From positions 192,001 to 256,000 of the forward strand of contig OY970166.1 of assembly GCA_963706595.1 (NCBI GenBank): a stretch of 64,000 nt of DNA. Reading direction: 5' to 3'. How positions within the stretch are numbered: the stretch's first letter is position 1; each line of letters starts with the position of its first letter. Under the pieces are notes generated by a model. The model did no database searches. It was not told the origin of the DNA and saw nothing but the letters and a program-made list of their open reading frames with translations. The stretch comes from an uncultured cyanobacterium. GTDB taxonomy: Bacteria > Cyanobacteriota > Cyanobacteriia > Cyanobacteriales > Nostocaceae. Made by a program: the position numbers and the translations under genes. Of the stretch, positions 32,056-43,301 are shown piece by piece.

Positions 32056-35000
32056 CTAGGACATTGGTCCCTGGTCGGGAAACATACACTTGTCTGAGTC
32101 ACAGCCACTGGGACCAGCTTCTGTTAACTCGCCGGAATCATAGCGGCTGAGAACTGCACAGAAATCATCTGTGTTGCGTCGCCCTTTCACCTCTTCATTT
32201 AAACGCTCATAAGTGAGTTTGTCTATTGGCTCAAATGGTAAGCGGGGGAATGATTGCAAGTCGTCAAACCGAGCTAAAAGTGCGGCGGAAATATAACCCT
32301 GATCGTTTTGGATGGTTTCGTAAATCTTCTGTCCCAGTCCTTCCACTTCTTCAGAGCGCAACTCCAATGTTGCTGATGTGTTGTGAGTCACATACCAGCG
32401 CTGAACTTGCAGGACAAAATCAAATTGAGCTAGTACAGAGAATTGAGAAACGTCAATTTGGTCGGCTCCGGGGACATCAGCCCAAGATACAGCTACGGGG
32501 ATTTCTACTAGCCATTCACTAACGCGGGGGTCAAAGGGATCATTTAATAAATTACCCTGTTCATCTTTATCAGATTGAGAGGGGATAACGCTGTAACCGT
32601 AGTCAATGCAGGCTAGGGCTACGGGGTCATTTTTGCCAAAAGTGATGCGGCGAATAAATCTTTGCGCCTTGGGGGGATGCCAGCCAGAACTAGCCCCGGT
32701 GAGCAATGATTTAGTGCCACTGGGTTGGACTGTAGTACAGCGATTGGGTCGTTTTATTTGATGGCGATCGCAATATTCCCACACAACTCGATGCACGGTA
32801 TCTTTCCAGAAGGTTAAATATTTTTGTTCCTCCTGCTTAAAGGCTAATCCTTGGGGGGTTTCCGGTCTTCCTTCCTCCCACCAATGCAGCCAGTCCACAC
32901 CAAAAGCATGAACAAAGAAATCAAATAAACCTGTGAAAGAAACCCCCACAATGGGATCTAATTCCCGGCTTTCTTGGTAGCGGGGTTCTAAAAATTGATG
33001 ATTTAAAAGTGCTGCTACAGATATAGCCCCAGCTGTGAAAGCTTCCTCTTGTTCTTTAAAGTTCTTTGGGTCAATTTGATTTAAGTGTATCTCCGCAAGA
33101 TTACAGTTTCCGGTGAGTGTATTACCAAAAACGCCCTTATGATACTCCGGCTCATTAAAGCAGTAAGTATTATGTAATCCTGGCAATTGTTCAACACCCT
33201 TGACAACTTGCCATTTACCTTTGCACTTAGCATTTGTACCTTTACTCACATCCAATCGCTGACAAGGAATCTCGCCACAATCAGTTATTTGCAAGTAGTA
33301 TAAATCTTTGCTTCTAACACCATAGTTAGTCACAGCCCCTTGATGAGCGCAAAGATTCAAAGATGAACGAATACCACACTTAGTTAGTAGTAACTGAACT
33401 CGGTATGCTCGTTCATAGTCAGAGATATAAATTCTGATCCCGTTGCTGTTCGTATTGGAGCCATCTGTATCAGCTAAACCAGCCAGAAAATGTAAAATTG
33501 CGGCACGATTCCAACTAGCAATGACATTTAGTGCGTCTGGATTTGTTTTCAGGCTTTTGAGAAATTCCCCAGAAAAACCTAAGTTTGTAGCATCTGTAAA
33601 ACTAGGTAAGTAGTCATACTCTCTGGTTGCAGATTTATTTCCTGCAACAGATAAAGCTGCTTTTTTGCCATATAACCTAATTTTGGCATTGTCATTTTGG
33701 TCTGTTGTGCCATCTCCGACAGCTGCGCCCAGAGTGTAAGCATAGCTGACATCAATACTCAATCCATCATCGTACTGAATTGTAAACGGCTCGGTGTGAA
33801 TACTATATTTGCTAGTATCCATCAAATCTTTTGTTTGTACTTCTTTGTAATTTTTGCCAAACCTATCTTTAACAAAGAAACGGTGATACTCAGTTACATC
33901 TAAATATGTACCGTCTCCAAATCGCACACGATACAGGGGAGAATCGCTACTTGTTTGAAATGGTTTGACTTGACTCCATTTTTCACCATTCCAAATTTCA
34001 ACTTCACAGCCCACAACATCTTCAATTTTGTGGATTCCATCTCTAGTGATCAGTAAGGTATCACCACTGACACAATGGAAGTTAGAGCCGATAATTTCAC
34101 CACAATTGTGTGCCACAATGCCGTTAGCATCAAATCGAGAAACTCCAGGCACAGTACAGTCATAAACTGCTTCTACACCATCTGGCACAATGTCTGTGAT
34201 TTTAACTGAGAAACGCTCACGATTTAGCTGTCGTTTGTATTGACCGCATAATTCTTCTAAGCGTGCAGCTTTTTTCGGCTCCTGAAATCCCACGATTGTT
34301 TGGAAAGAAGAGATATTATCATTAGCAATCACCAGTTCATGCTGTGCCTGACAGAGATATAAAGCTGGTTCACGATTACTATCAGGAAGATGGCGATCGC
34401 TTTCAGGACGACGTTCTTGATAAATTGTGGAAATAATCCCCAAACGGGACAGCATTCTTTGAACTCTCTTCAAGGTTTCAAGATTGCTTTGTGCCAGTCT
34501 GACACTAACACCTTTTTGTTGATTACCTTGAACACTGCCATCAGCATCGAACAAGCCACGCAAAAAGCCACGATAAAACTCATAGCTGGCTTGCTCAATT
34601 TTATCTGTGGGTATTTTGTTCTCTAAGGTAACATCATAATCTGCTGCCAATCGAGCCAAGCTTGATGAATTGATGACTCGATGTTTTAGCTGTTGATGGT
34701 AGCATCCCGATTCTGTGGAACCTGAAAAATCAACAGTCTTTTTGTTTACCCTGAGCGTAGCCGAAGGGAGTAAAGTTACAGCATATCTGCCCATTTCGTC
34801 TTGGGTGTCTTCCCAATATCGGAGATAGGCTGTTTTACCCCATTGTGTTGCAGCAAGGCTACCATCGCCAATCAGATTACCTAGTAACCAACCCTGCTCA
34901 AAAGTACCAAAGCTTTCCCAAGGTTGAACTCCACGATGGTTATGAACCAAAATAGCATCGCCAGGGTGCAAATCTTGAGTTTCCACCCACTCGGTGTATT

Positions 35001-36456
35001 GCTTTTTCTGGGTTTGGGCTGTTACTTTCAGTAGCTGATGATTGCCTGTTAAACGCAATTCATAGCCTTCTTGAGTGATCACTTTAAATACAGGCTTGAC
35101 TCCTGTCAACCAAAAGCCATCGGTTGTAGTGCTGAATAATTCGCCATTGACATATACACTCAATTGTTTGCCTATCAAGTCTTTGACTTGTCGCGCACCT
35201 AATTCAGTGTGAATCCAAGTGTCAGCAGTAATACAAGGATTTAAGCCGTAACGAGCTAAACGATGTTCTAGTTCTTTGGCATCTAAATCAGGATAGTGTG
35301 CTTGTAACCACTCTTTTGCTGTTCCTTGTTCATAGGATTTCAAGAAATCAACTTTTAACTCTTGTGTTGGAAGTAAATCACAATTGGATCGAGCTACTGC
35401 TTCACCTGCCCATTGAATCGCTCCTTCGCCACTGTAGTATTGTTTACGAACAGCATCTACACATTCTTCTAATGTGGGCTTACGGTGAAATACTCTTGTA
35501 TGGTTGGCCATCCGTAAAGCATCACGCTCAGGATCAATACGCCAGTTGCCGTTTTCATCCTGTTGCCAGAGGTTATCTTTGGCAGTTCCGCCTTGTTCAT
35601 CGTCTGCCTTGAACTGCCTCATGCCCGCGCTTCTACGGATATTGCCTGCAACAATTGTAACAGCAGCTTGGTCAATTAACAAACAGCATTCCACTGAATT
35701 TAATTGTCGTCCTCTGGCTTTATTGAGGATGGATACACAACGCTGATAGAGTCCTGGCAACTTGACAGGATTAGCCACCCCGCCAAAGCCCTTGAGAGTT
35801 TCTCCCGACTGACGAACATCACTCAGATCAACAACTACTTCCACTTCTGAGGTAAACCGTTCATCTGTGGAAAGTTCCAATAAGCTTTTATAGGATTCTA
35901 CCCAACCTTCACGGCTATCTCCCACATGGATGATAACGCTGTTACCTTCTATCTGGGTTTGGGTGTATTCACGGCGTAATTCTGGAGGTGTGCTACCAAT
36001 GTCTCCATTTACCGTCACATTTAAGTAATTGCGGATGGGAGGTAATTGATTAATATATTGCGGTTCTATAACGGCTCCCGTACCACAGCCCATCATGGCT
36101 AAATCCATCATCAACCCGAAAGCGCTCCAGTCTTGCAGGTTGGTGGAAGTGCAATTGTAAGCCCCAGAAAAGTTTTTGGGTTTGCTAACCCATTCTGTAC
36201 CACCTACCCATAGCCAGCGTCCACTGGGTAAGGCTTTGAGGTTGCGTTGCATATTCTCTAGGATGGCAATTTCGGCTGGGGTGAGCTTCCCTAACTCAAT
36301 GATGCCTTGGATCGTGCGATCGCATACCTCATCCCATGTTTCCCTCAGCCCTGCCTTGGTGCGGCGGCTGTAGGTTCTAAAAAATACAGGATTCGCAGCT
36401 GGCGCGGTTTCTGGAAATTCTGCACTCTGACGTTTTCTTTCTAACTCTCGAACCAT
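32056..36456 (-). CDS. nrdJ: Adenosylcobalamin-dependent (class II) ribonucleotide reductase with two inteins
   Basis: FFRTYSR, PSGRWLW, YNC, NP|CGE, |CNL, TTVQPSGT, C-terminal GCDSDKC; about 766 aa after removing both inteins. Confidence 0.95.
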   Translation of the reverse strand: MVRELERKRQSAEFPETAPAANPVFFRTYSRRTKAGLRETWDEVCDRTIQGIIELGKLTPAEIAILENMQRNLKALPSGRWLWVGGTEWVSKPKNFSGAYNCTSTNLQDWSAFGLMMDLAMMGCGTGAVIEPQYINQLPPIRNYLNVTVNGDIGSTPPELRREYTQTQIEGNSVIIHVGDSREGWVESYKSLLELSTDERFTSEVEVVVDLSDVRQSGETLKGFGGVANPVKLPGLYQRCVSILNKARGRQLNSVECCLLIDQAAVTIVAGNIRRSAGMRQFKADDEQGGTAKDNLWQQDENGNWRIDPERDALRMANHTRVFHRKPTLEECVDAVRKQYYSGEGAIQWAGEAVARSNCDLLPTQELKVDFLKSYEQGTAKEWLQAHYPDLDAKELEHRLARYGLNPCITADTWIHTELGARQVKDLIGKQLSVYVNGELFSTTTDGFWLTGVKPVFKVITQEGYELRLTGNHQLLKVTAQTQKKQYTEWVETQDLHPGDAILVHNHRGVQPWESFGTFEQGWLLGNLIGDGSLAATQWGKTAYLRYWEDTQDEMGRYAVTLLPSATLRVNKKTVDFSGSTESGCYHQQLKHRVINSSSLARLAADYDVTLENKIPTDKIEQASYEFYRGFLRGLFDADGSVQGNQQKGVSVRLAQSNLETLKRVQRMLSRLGIISTIYQERRPESDRHLPDSNREPALYLCQAQHELVIANDNISSFQTIVGFQEPKKAARLEELCGQYKRQLNRERFSVKITDIVPDGVEAVYDCTVPGVSRFDANGIVAHNCGEIIGSNFHCVSGDTLLITRDGIHKIEDVVGCEVEIWNGEKWSQVKPFQTSSDSPLYRVRFGDGTYLDVTEYHRFFVKDRFGKNYKEVQTKDLMDTSKYSIHTEPFTIQYDDGLSIDVSYAYTLGAAVGDGTTDQNDNAKIRLYGKKAALSVAGNKSATREYDYLPSFTDATNLGFSGEFLKSLKTNPDALNVIASWNRAAILHFLAGLADTDGSNTNSNGIRIYISDYERAYRVQLLLTKCGIRSSLNLCAHQGAVTNYGVRSKDLYYLQITDCGEIPCQRLDVSKGTNAKCKGKWQVVKGVEQLPGLHNTYCFNEPEYHKGVFGNTLTGNCNLAEIHLNQIDPKNFKEQEEAFTAGAISVAALLNHQFLEPRYQESRELDPIVGVSFTGLFDFFVHAFGVDWLHWWEEGRPETPQGLAFKQEEQKYLTFWKDTVHRVVWEYCDRHQIKRPNRCTTVQPSGTKSLLTGASSGWHPPKAQRFIRRITFGKNDPVALACIDYGYSVIPSQSDKDEQGNLLNDPFDPRVSEWLVEIPVAVSWADVPGADQIDVSQFSVLAQFDFVLQVQRWYVTHNTSATLELRSEEVEGLGQKIYETIQNDQGYISAALLARFDDLQSFPRLPFEPIDKLTYERLNEEVKGRRNTDDFCAVLSRYDSGELTEAGPSGCDSDKCMFPDQGPMS
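33106..34074 (-). other. Intein 2 in nrdJ (323 aa) with LAGLIDADG-type endonuclease
   Basis: Starts CVSGDT; block B VTEYH; LGAAVGDG and FLAGLADTDG; ends LTGN before +1 Cys. Confidence 0.9.
34105..35235 (-). other. Intein 1 in nrdJ (377 aa) with LAGLIDADG endonuclease
   Basis: Starts CITADT; block B LTGNH; LLGNLIGDG and FLRGLFDADG; block F VYD; ends VAHN before +1 Cys. Confidence 0.93.
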
Positions 36457-37103
36457 AATCAAGTTTTGTTGCTTGCGAACAGATTATGACTATACGCTAA
36501 CTAGATTTAGGATTAAAGATTGCCAAATTTTCCACTTTGCGCTACCACTGCTCCTGTACTAATGAGAACTAAAATCTATCATGTATAATGTCTTCTCACT
36601 CTGGTAGTAGGTTTTATACTGTGTTATAATTACAACGTATAAATTTGGATTTTCAAATGCGGTTATTCGATAGATAATATAGAAAAATCCTTTGATTTTG
36701 CCGTTATGGGCATGATACAACTGTAATAATTCTAGTTAGATACACTATCATCAGCTAGTAATGCTACCTAAGTACAGTAACTAAAATTGAAAATCGGGTT
36801 GATTAAATAATGAGTTTTTTGCTGGATATTGAGTGGAATTATGAACCATTGCACTGTAAGATTTCCTAAATTTTTAGCCAGTGCTGGGATAAAAAAACTG
36901 GGGCTTGGGACTCATTCAAACTATGTACCTTATAAGCATGGTATGTCAATAATTAAATATTTGTAGAATACCTTCGTTACAGCTAACCCTGAGTTTACCT
37001 TTAAACAAATACTTAAATAAATGAGTCCAAGTTGGGTAAATAAGATTAATTTAATGGGGAAAAAATTTCCCTAAGCTGGGAAAAAATTATTGCAGAGAGA
37101 TGT

Positions 37104-39046
37104 ATGAATTTTAATTTAATTTTTGCCAGTTATCCTCACAGTATATGGCTATATAACCAAAAAAATGGGCAGTTTTTAGATGTTAATGAAGCTGCTGTGA
37201 TTCAATATGGATATTCTCGCGAAGAGTTTTTGCAAATGCAAATAACTGATATTCATCCTCCAGAAGATGTTGTTTTATTACGAAAATATTTAACTGAAAA
37301 GAATTCTGGAACAAATTTATCTGGACAATGGAAACATCGTCAAAAAAATGGCAAGATTATTCATGTTGAAACTGTTACACACGCAATCAAGTATGGTGAA
37401 TATGATGCCCATTTAGTAGATATTATAGATATTACAGAACGTAAAGAAATAGAGAAAACCCTTCAGGAAAATGAAGCTAGATTTCAAGCGATTTATCAAT
37501 CTATTCCTGTGCCATTAATTATTTCCCGTTTGTCTGACGGGTTAATTTTATATGCTAATCCAGAATTGCTGCAAATATTTTGTTGTTCGGCAGAGGATTT
37601 AGTCAATCGCCCAGTTTCAGATTTATACTATGAGCCGGCGGAGAGAAAAGCGATTTTAGCAGCGCTTACCCAAGATGAGTCAGTTCAAAATTATGAACTG
37701 CTACTTAAGAGAGTAGACGGAACTTATTTCTGGGCGATCGCTTCATTTCAATATTTAAGTTTTCATGGTGAATCGGCAATATTAGCTGTGTTCTCGGATA
37801 TTACAAAAAGAAAGCAAGCTGAACTTGTTTTTAAAGCTCAGGCTGAACGAGAACAATTGATGGGAACTGTGGCTCAACGAATTCGACAATCTTTAAATCT
37901 GCAAGATATTCTCAATACTACAGTTGAAGAAGTGCGGGATTTACTCAGGGTTGATCGAGTTGTAGTTTATCAGTTCGCCCCGGATATGAGTGGCACAATT
38001 GTGGCGGAATCGGTGGGAGCAGGATGGACAGTGGCTTTAGGGGTAAAAATCGAAGATACGTGTTTTCAAACAGGTGGAGGTGTAGAGTATCGCCAAGGAT
38101 GCAAACGAGCGATCGCTAATATCTACGAAGCTGGATTGACTGATTGTCATCTGCACTTGTTAGAACAGTTTGAAGTCAAAGCTAATTTAGTCGTGCCGAT
38201 TCTGCTCAAAATAGACGAAGAAAATACTGGCTCATGTTTGTGGGGTTTATTGGTGGCGCACCAATGCTCTAGTAGCCGTGATTGGGAAGATAACCAACTG
38301 GATCTGCTTGATCAACTGACAGTACAGATTGCGATCGCTATTCAACAATCGAGCATATATCAACAAGCGCAGAATGAAATAGCTGAACGACAAAAAGCTG
38401 AAATCAACTTAAGAGTACTGCATTACTAGAAAAAGAAGTTTTATTAAAAGAAGTTCATCATCGAGTTAAAAATAACTTACAAATTGTATCGAGTCTGTTA
38501 CAACTCCAGTCTCAAACACTCAAAGATCCTCAAGTTAGCAGAATTTTTCAAGATAGCCAAAACCGGATTGACTCCATCTCTCTGATTCACAAGAACTTAT
38601 ATATTTCGCCCAATATCGGCAAACTGGATGTTGTTGACTATGTAGAAAATCTGGTAACCAGTATCCTCATTTCTTATCAGGTAGAACCAGACAAAATTTC
38701 GCTAGAAACTAATATAGATGCAGTTAACTTGAATGTTGATCAAGCTATTGCCTGTGGGCTGGTGATCAATGAATTATTATCCAATTCCCTCAAACACGCT
38801 TTTCCTGGTCAAAAATCGGGTAAAATTACCATAGATTTACGTAATATTGGTAACGACATTGAAATGATTATTCAAGATGATGGCGTTGGTTTACCAGATA
38901 ACTTAGATTGGAGTAATACTGATTCTTTAGGACTTTCATTAGTTTATGACTTAGTGACAGAACAAATAGAAGGCAGCATTACTGTAGAACGTAATCATGG
39001 CACAGCATTTAAAATCCAGTTTCCCAGTTTAACTTGTCAGCAGTAA
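37104..39046 (+). pseudogene. PAS-PAS-GAF HisKA_2-type sensor kinase split by a frameshift
   Basis: ORF stops at 38429, but the shifted frame from about 38417 reads ALLEKEVLLKEVHHRVKNNLQI and stays open to 39046 (NELLSNSLKH, DDGVG, SLGL). Confidence 0.85.
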
Positions 39047-39053
39047 ATTTCTA

Positions 39054-40547
39054 ATGGATCACGTGAGAATTTTAGTCGTTGAAGATGAAGTAATTGTAGC
39101 CAGAACCATTGCTAATCAACTTAATCAGTTAGGGTACATGGTTACGGGTAAAGCTTCTTCAGGAGCAGTGGCGATCGCCTTAGCATTGGAGACTAAGCCA
39201 CAACTGGTGTTAATGGATATTATCCTCAAAGGTGATATGGATGGGATTACAGCTGCTGCTAGGATTCGTGAGCAGTTAGATATTCCCGTAGTTTTCCTCA
39301 CTGCTTATGCTGACGACAAAACTTTACAACGTGCAAAACTCACTCAACCCTTTGGATATGTTGTTAAACCATTTACTTCTAAAGATTTAAAAATAGCTGT
39401 TGAAATCGGTTTATTAAAACACCAACTAGAACAGGATCTGCGGGAAAATCGAGACAGATTAGCCACGCTTTTAAATTCAATGAGCGATGCTGTAATTGCT
39501 ACTAACGAGCAGGCAAAAGTAACATTCATGAATCCGGCGGCTGAGTTGATAACTGGGTGGAAACAAGTAGATGCTCAGGGAAAAGATATATCGACTATTT
39601 TTAATATTGTTGATGAAATTACAGAAGCTGCATTAGAAAACCCAGTCATAAAAGTGCTAAGAGACCAAAAAGTTGTGTATTTGGGGGAATTCACCTCTCT
39701 GATTACCAAAAAAGGGAAAAAAATTCCCATTGGGGATAGTGCTTCACCGATTATGCGACGACCTAATCAAATAGATGGTGTGGTAATTGTTTTCTGGGAT
39801 ATCAGTGAACGTCGTCAAACAGAATTGCTAGAGCGAGCATTGAATCAAGAGCGCGAACTCAACCATCTCAAATCCCTATTTATCTCTACAGTTTCTCATG
39901 ATTTTCGTAATCCCCTAACTGTAATCCAAACAGCAGTAGAACTGATAGAAATCCAAGGAGATAATTTACCAGCCGCCAAAAAAAGCATCTACCTACAACG
40001 AATTAAAGGTGCTGTGCAATCCATGAAAGAACTAATGGAAGATGTGCTGTTTATGGGTAAGTCAGATGTGGGAAAACTTGAGTGCCATCCTGATCTAGTC
40101 AACTTAGAGCAAGTATGTAGAGAATTTATTGCAGAATTTTCTCTTGTTACTAATGATGGACATCAAATTATGTTTACCTGTCATAATGAATGTACAGATA
40201 CTTTGATAGATGAAAAGCTTCTACATTACATAGTCATTAATTTACTTTCTAATGCAGTTAAGTATTCTCCTCAAAATAAAAATATTCAGGTTGATTTAAC
40301 CTGTGATTTCCGAGAAAAAGTAGCCATATTGCAGATTCAAGACCAAGGAATTGGCATTCCTGAAGTTGACCAGAAGCGACTGTTTGAATCATTCTATCGC
40401 GCTACCAATGTCCAATCAATTCAGGGTACAGGACTGGGGTTAGTGATCGTCAAAAAGTGTGTTGAAGCTCACCAGGGTAAAATCAGTTTCACTAGTCAAG
40501 TTGGTGTTGGTACAACCTTCAAAATAATTTTGCCGCTTAATTTATGA
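39054..40547 (+). CDS. Hybrid REC-PAS-histidine kinase
   Basis: ILVVEDE/MDII receiver, PAS, SHDFRNPL, NLLSNAVKY, GTGLGL. Confidence 0.92.
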   Translation: MDHVRILVVEDEVIVARTIANQLNQLGYMVTGKASSGAVAIALALETKPQLVLMDIILKGDMDGITAAARIREQLDIPVVFLTAYADDKTLQRAKLTQPFGYVVKPFTSKDLKIAVEIGLLKHQLEQDLRENRDRLATLLNSMSDAVIATNEQAKVTFMNPAAELITGWKQVDAQGKDISTIFNIVDEITEAALENPVIKVLRDQKVVYLGEFTSLITKKGKKIPIGDSASPIMRRPNQIDGVVIVFWDISERRQTELLERALNQERELNHLKSLFISTVSHDFRNPLTVIQTAVELIEIQGDNLPAAKKSIYLQRIKGAVQSMKELMEDVLFMGKSDVGKLECHPDLVNLEQVCREFIAEFSLVTNDGHQIMFTCHNECTDTLIDEKLLHYIVINLLSNAVKYSPQNKNIQVDLTCDFREKVAILQIQDQGIGIPEVDQKRLFESFYRATNVQSIQGTGLGLVIVKKCVEAHQGKISFTSQVGVGTTFKIILPLNL

Positions 40548-40598
40548 GTGCTGAGTCAGAACAAAAGTGGCAAGATAACCGATAACCTTTCCTCTTCT

Positions 40599-40636
40599 CC
40601 CCTGCACCCTGCACCCTGCACCCTGCACCCCTGCCT
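40599..40636. repeat. Heptamer STRR (ccctgca)n
   Basis: Tandem heptamers between convergent genes; related arrays at about 32012-32042 and 52973-53030. Confidence 0.85.
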
Positions 40637-40651
40637 TTTCCCAGTCCCCAA

Positions 40652-43138
40652 TTAATTCTCTTGTCGCACACCATCAACAACAGTCTTAACTTGACCGCCA
40701 GAAAATGGATCTGTACCACCAGTCCAGTTAAAGTCGCTAATGCGGATGCTGAAACCGCCTAATTCCAGTACTGGGTTATAACGCAAAGAAATTCCATAGG
40801 TACGGCGGCTATATTCTAAAATATAATCGGCGCTAGTTTGTTTACCAGTGTCTAAGTTAACTGTTGTTTGAAAGCCTAAACGAAATGGCCCATAAATTTG
40901 CTGTGAAATTCCAGCGCCTAGCACTTTGTTATCAACTGAACGGTCAAACAAAAATGGTGATAACCCGCTATTTAAGCCCTGAGAATAAGTTATATTAAAA
41001 GCAGTATAGTCTAAATAAGGACGAGAGAAATTACCAAATTGCCCTATTAAGCCGACTGTACCAGTTAGGGTACTTTGATTTTCGTTGTTAGTGTAATAAC
41101 TAGTAGTACCTCTAATACTAGCAACTGTTTGTATATAAGGAACAATAGGATTTGGTGTATATCTTAATCCCTCAAGGGCGGTAGGTGGTAATGGTTTACC
41201 CTGCCATAGTAAAAAGCCTTTACTGAGGTTAGCACTACCTTGTAAACGACCGAGAGAAATTCGATCATTCGTCCGGTCTGCTTCTAGTAAGTCAAGGCGG
41301 TCAGTATTAGCATTAATATATTGTATACCTGCCTGATAGTTGAGGTTAATGCCACTATTACCTAGAGGAATGACAGGAGAGCTAATTAGACCACCAATAC
41401 TACTCTGAACAGTTTGAAAGCCAAGACTGTCATTAAATAGGCGATCGCGGTAGCTATATTCTAGATTTAAGATGTGGGGATTGACATCGCCTAATGCTTG
41501 GCGCATTCGGACACTCGCCCGCAAATTGTCTTCTACTTTGTTTAAATCAAAACTTGTCAATTCACCGGAACCTTGAATTGTGGCTCGTGGGCTTAAAACA
41601 GCATTTAAACTCCCCCTCACACCAAATAATGAAGCCAAATCATCTGTGCCTTCTTCTAAGGCTTTCTGCACAAAAAATTGGGGCGTGATTCTCAAACGCG
41701 TTTGCTCGTTATCCACTGGGTTGAAACCCCGTTCCACAAAAAAACCACCACGCTTACCCCCATCAAAGCCGGGAGAAACTATAAATGGTGAAGCATCCCG
41801 TTCAAAACGGTCAAGGGTCTGTCTATCTACAGGAATAGGTATCGTAACTTTTTGGTCAAAAACTAAACGCTGTCCCCGTGTAGTGATGGTTTCTACTAAA
41901 GGGGATTCCTGTATGGAAGTAACTTGAGAAGCCCGTAACTCTAATTCTGGGGGTGAAAACGGATCGTTAGTAATTCGCACATCCTCAGCTTGCCAACCTC
42001 GCGGATAAAACTCAATGCGTTGAGCTTGAAACCGCAGTCGCCTCACTGTACCCCCGGCTGCTGGCGGGGGGATATTACTCGCTTCTCTACCACCTAATGT
42101 AAAATCAATGCCGCCTGAGCTACTGATCCCAGAGAGGGGCTGATTTCTTCGGATGCGATCGCTTAGAGGAGTTTGAAGTTCTCCGCCTGTGATTTCGGTG
42201 GGTGAAAAAGCTAAATCTCTTTGGGCTGAGGGTACGAATATTTCCCCACTGCCGTTTTCTATTTCTCCGTTATCTTGGACAAAATTATAGGTAAAACGTT
42301 CTCCCCGCAATACTTGATCCCCTCGTGTCAAGGCCACATTACCTGACCCCACGGCGACCAAGTTATCTAAATTTACTTGCAGGCGATCGGCATCCACTAC
42401 AGCCCCATCAAATCGCACCACTACATTACCTTCCGCCGTGATAATTCGCCGTTCTTGATCATACTCCTGCCGATCTGAGATCACTTCGACAGTCCTCTGT
42501 CTCGCTGGCGGCGTAGGTGTAGGCTCTTGAGCTTGTTTAGTAGGTGACTTGAATTCTATAGTTGAGGGAGTAGAGCTTTCGTTGCTGGGGTTGCGAGACT
42601 TAAACTCTAGAATATTTTCTACTGGTTGAGAACTCGGCACATCATCCGGTTCATCAACGGAAATATTTATGCTATCGGGAAATTGTTGTACAGGAATATT
42701 GCTTTCCTGCTCTTGTGGAGTGGCTTTTTCCGCTACGACTTGCAGCTGGGGTGTAGTTTTGGGCGCATCAAACTGTTGTTTGGAAAAACCAACCGCTTGG
42801 GGTTGACCCAAATTTTCAGCATTTTTAGAAGCTGTGAACGGAGAAAATTCTGGCGGGAATGTTTCTGGTGTATTGGGTGTGGCTAAGGTTTTAGCAGATA
42901 AATTATCCCTAGTGACCCGAATGGGAGTTGACCAATGCAAAGCAGCATCAGAATCTTCCACATTTGATATTTGTGGAATTTCCTGTAGTGGCGGCGATTC
43001 TTCTTTGTCTTCTGGGGTATCAGTTTGAGTGATTACAACCGAGGGAAACTGAGTATCACTAGCATAGAGAATAGAATTTGCTGATGGTACTGGTTCGACA
43101 ATGGGATGTGTTGCAGGTGGCGGAACTGAATGAAGCAT
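40652..43138 (-). CDS. DUF3769 / LptD(OstA)-like outer-membrane assembly protein
   Basis: Low-complexity N-terminus; OstA-like AEGNVVV/GNVALTRG; RITNDPFSPPEL; C-terminal beta-rich region; start uncertain (43138 or 43153). Confidence 0.75.
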   Translation of the reverse strand: MLHSVPPPATHPIVEPVPSANSILYASDTQFPSVVITQTDTPEDKEESPPLQEIPQISNVEDSDAALHWSTPIRVTRDNLSAKTLATPNTPETFPPEFSPFTASKNAENLGQPQAVGFSKQQFDAPKTTPQLQVVAEKATPQEQESNIPVQQFPDSINISVDEPDDVPSSQPVENILEFKSRNPSNESSTPSTIEFKSPTKQAQEPTPTPPARQRTVEVISDRQEYDQERRIITAEGNVVVRFDGAVVDADRLQVNLDNLVAVGSGNVALTRGDQVLRGERFTYNFVQDNGEIENGSGEIFVPSAQRDLAFSPTEITGGELQTPLSDRIRRNQPLSGISSSGGIDFTLGGREASNIPPPAAGGTVRRLRFQAQRIEFYPRGWQAEDVRITNDPFSPPELELRASQVTSIQESPLVETITTRGQRLVFDQKVTIPIPVDRQTLDRFERDASPFIVSPGFDGGKRGGFFVERGFNPVDNEQTRLRITPQFFVQKALEEGTDDLASLFGVRGSLNAVLSPRATIQGSGELTSFDLNKVEDNLRASVRMRQALGDVNPHILNLEYSYRDRLFNDSLGFQTVQSSIGGLISSPVIPLGNSGINLNYQAGIQYINANTDRLDLLEADRTNDRISLGRLQGSANLSKGFLLWQGKPLPPTALEGLRYTPNPIVPYIQTVASIRGTTSYYTNNENQSTLTGTVGLIGQFGNFSRPYLDYTAFNITYSQGLNSGLSPFLFDRSVDNKVLGAGISQQIYGPFRLGFQTTVNLDTGKQTSADYILEYSRRTYGISLRYNPVLELGGFSIRISDFNWTGGTDPFSGGQVKTVVDGVRQEN

Positions 43139-43301
43139 ATCTAGGCAAATCAAGCTAATAAATAGCCAATTGATGGTCGGAAGGATGAATTACACCTTTC
43201 TCCTCCCGACTTTTGCTTTTGCCTCAACATAGCAAGCTGCCAAGAGAAGGAGATTTGGTGTTTTCCGTCTTCCGGCAGTTGTGGATAGGTTCGTGTAAAT
43301 C

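Noticed and set aside
36497..36512. Possible NrdR box (actagatttag) upstream of nrdJ
   Set aside because: Single degenerate match in AT-rich DNA; too weak to call
38729..39046. 105-aa ORF as an independent gene
   Set aside because: It is the HATPase end of the frameshifted kinase starting at 37104
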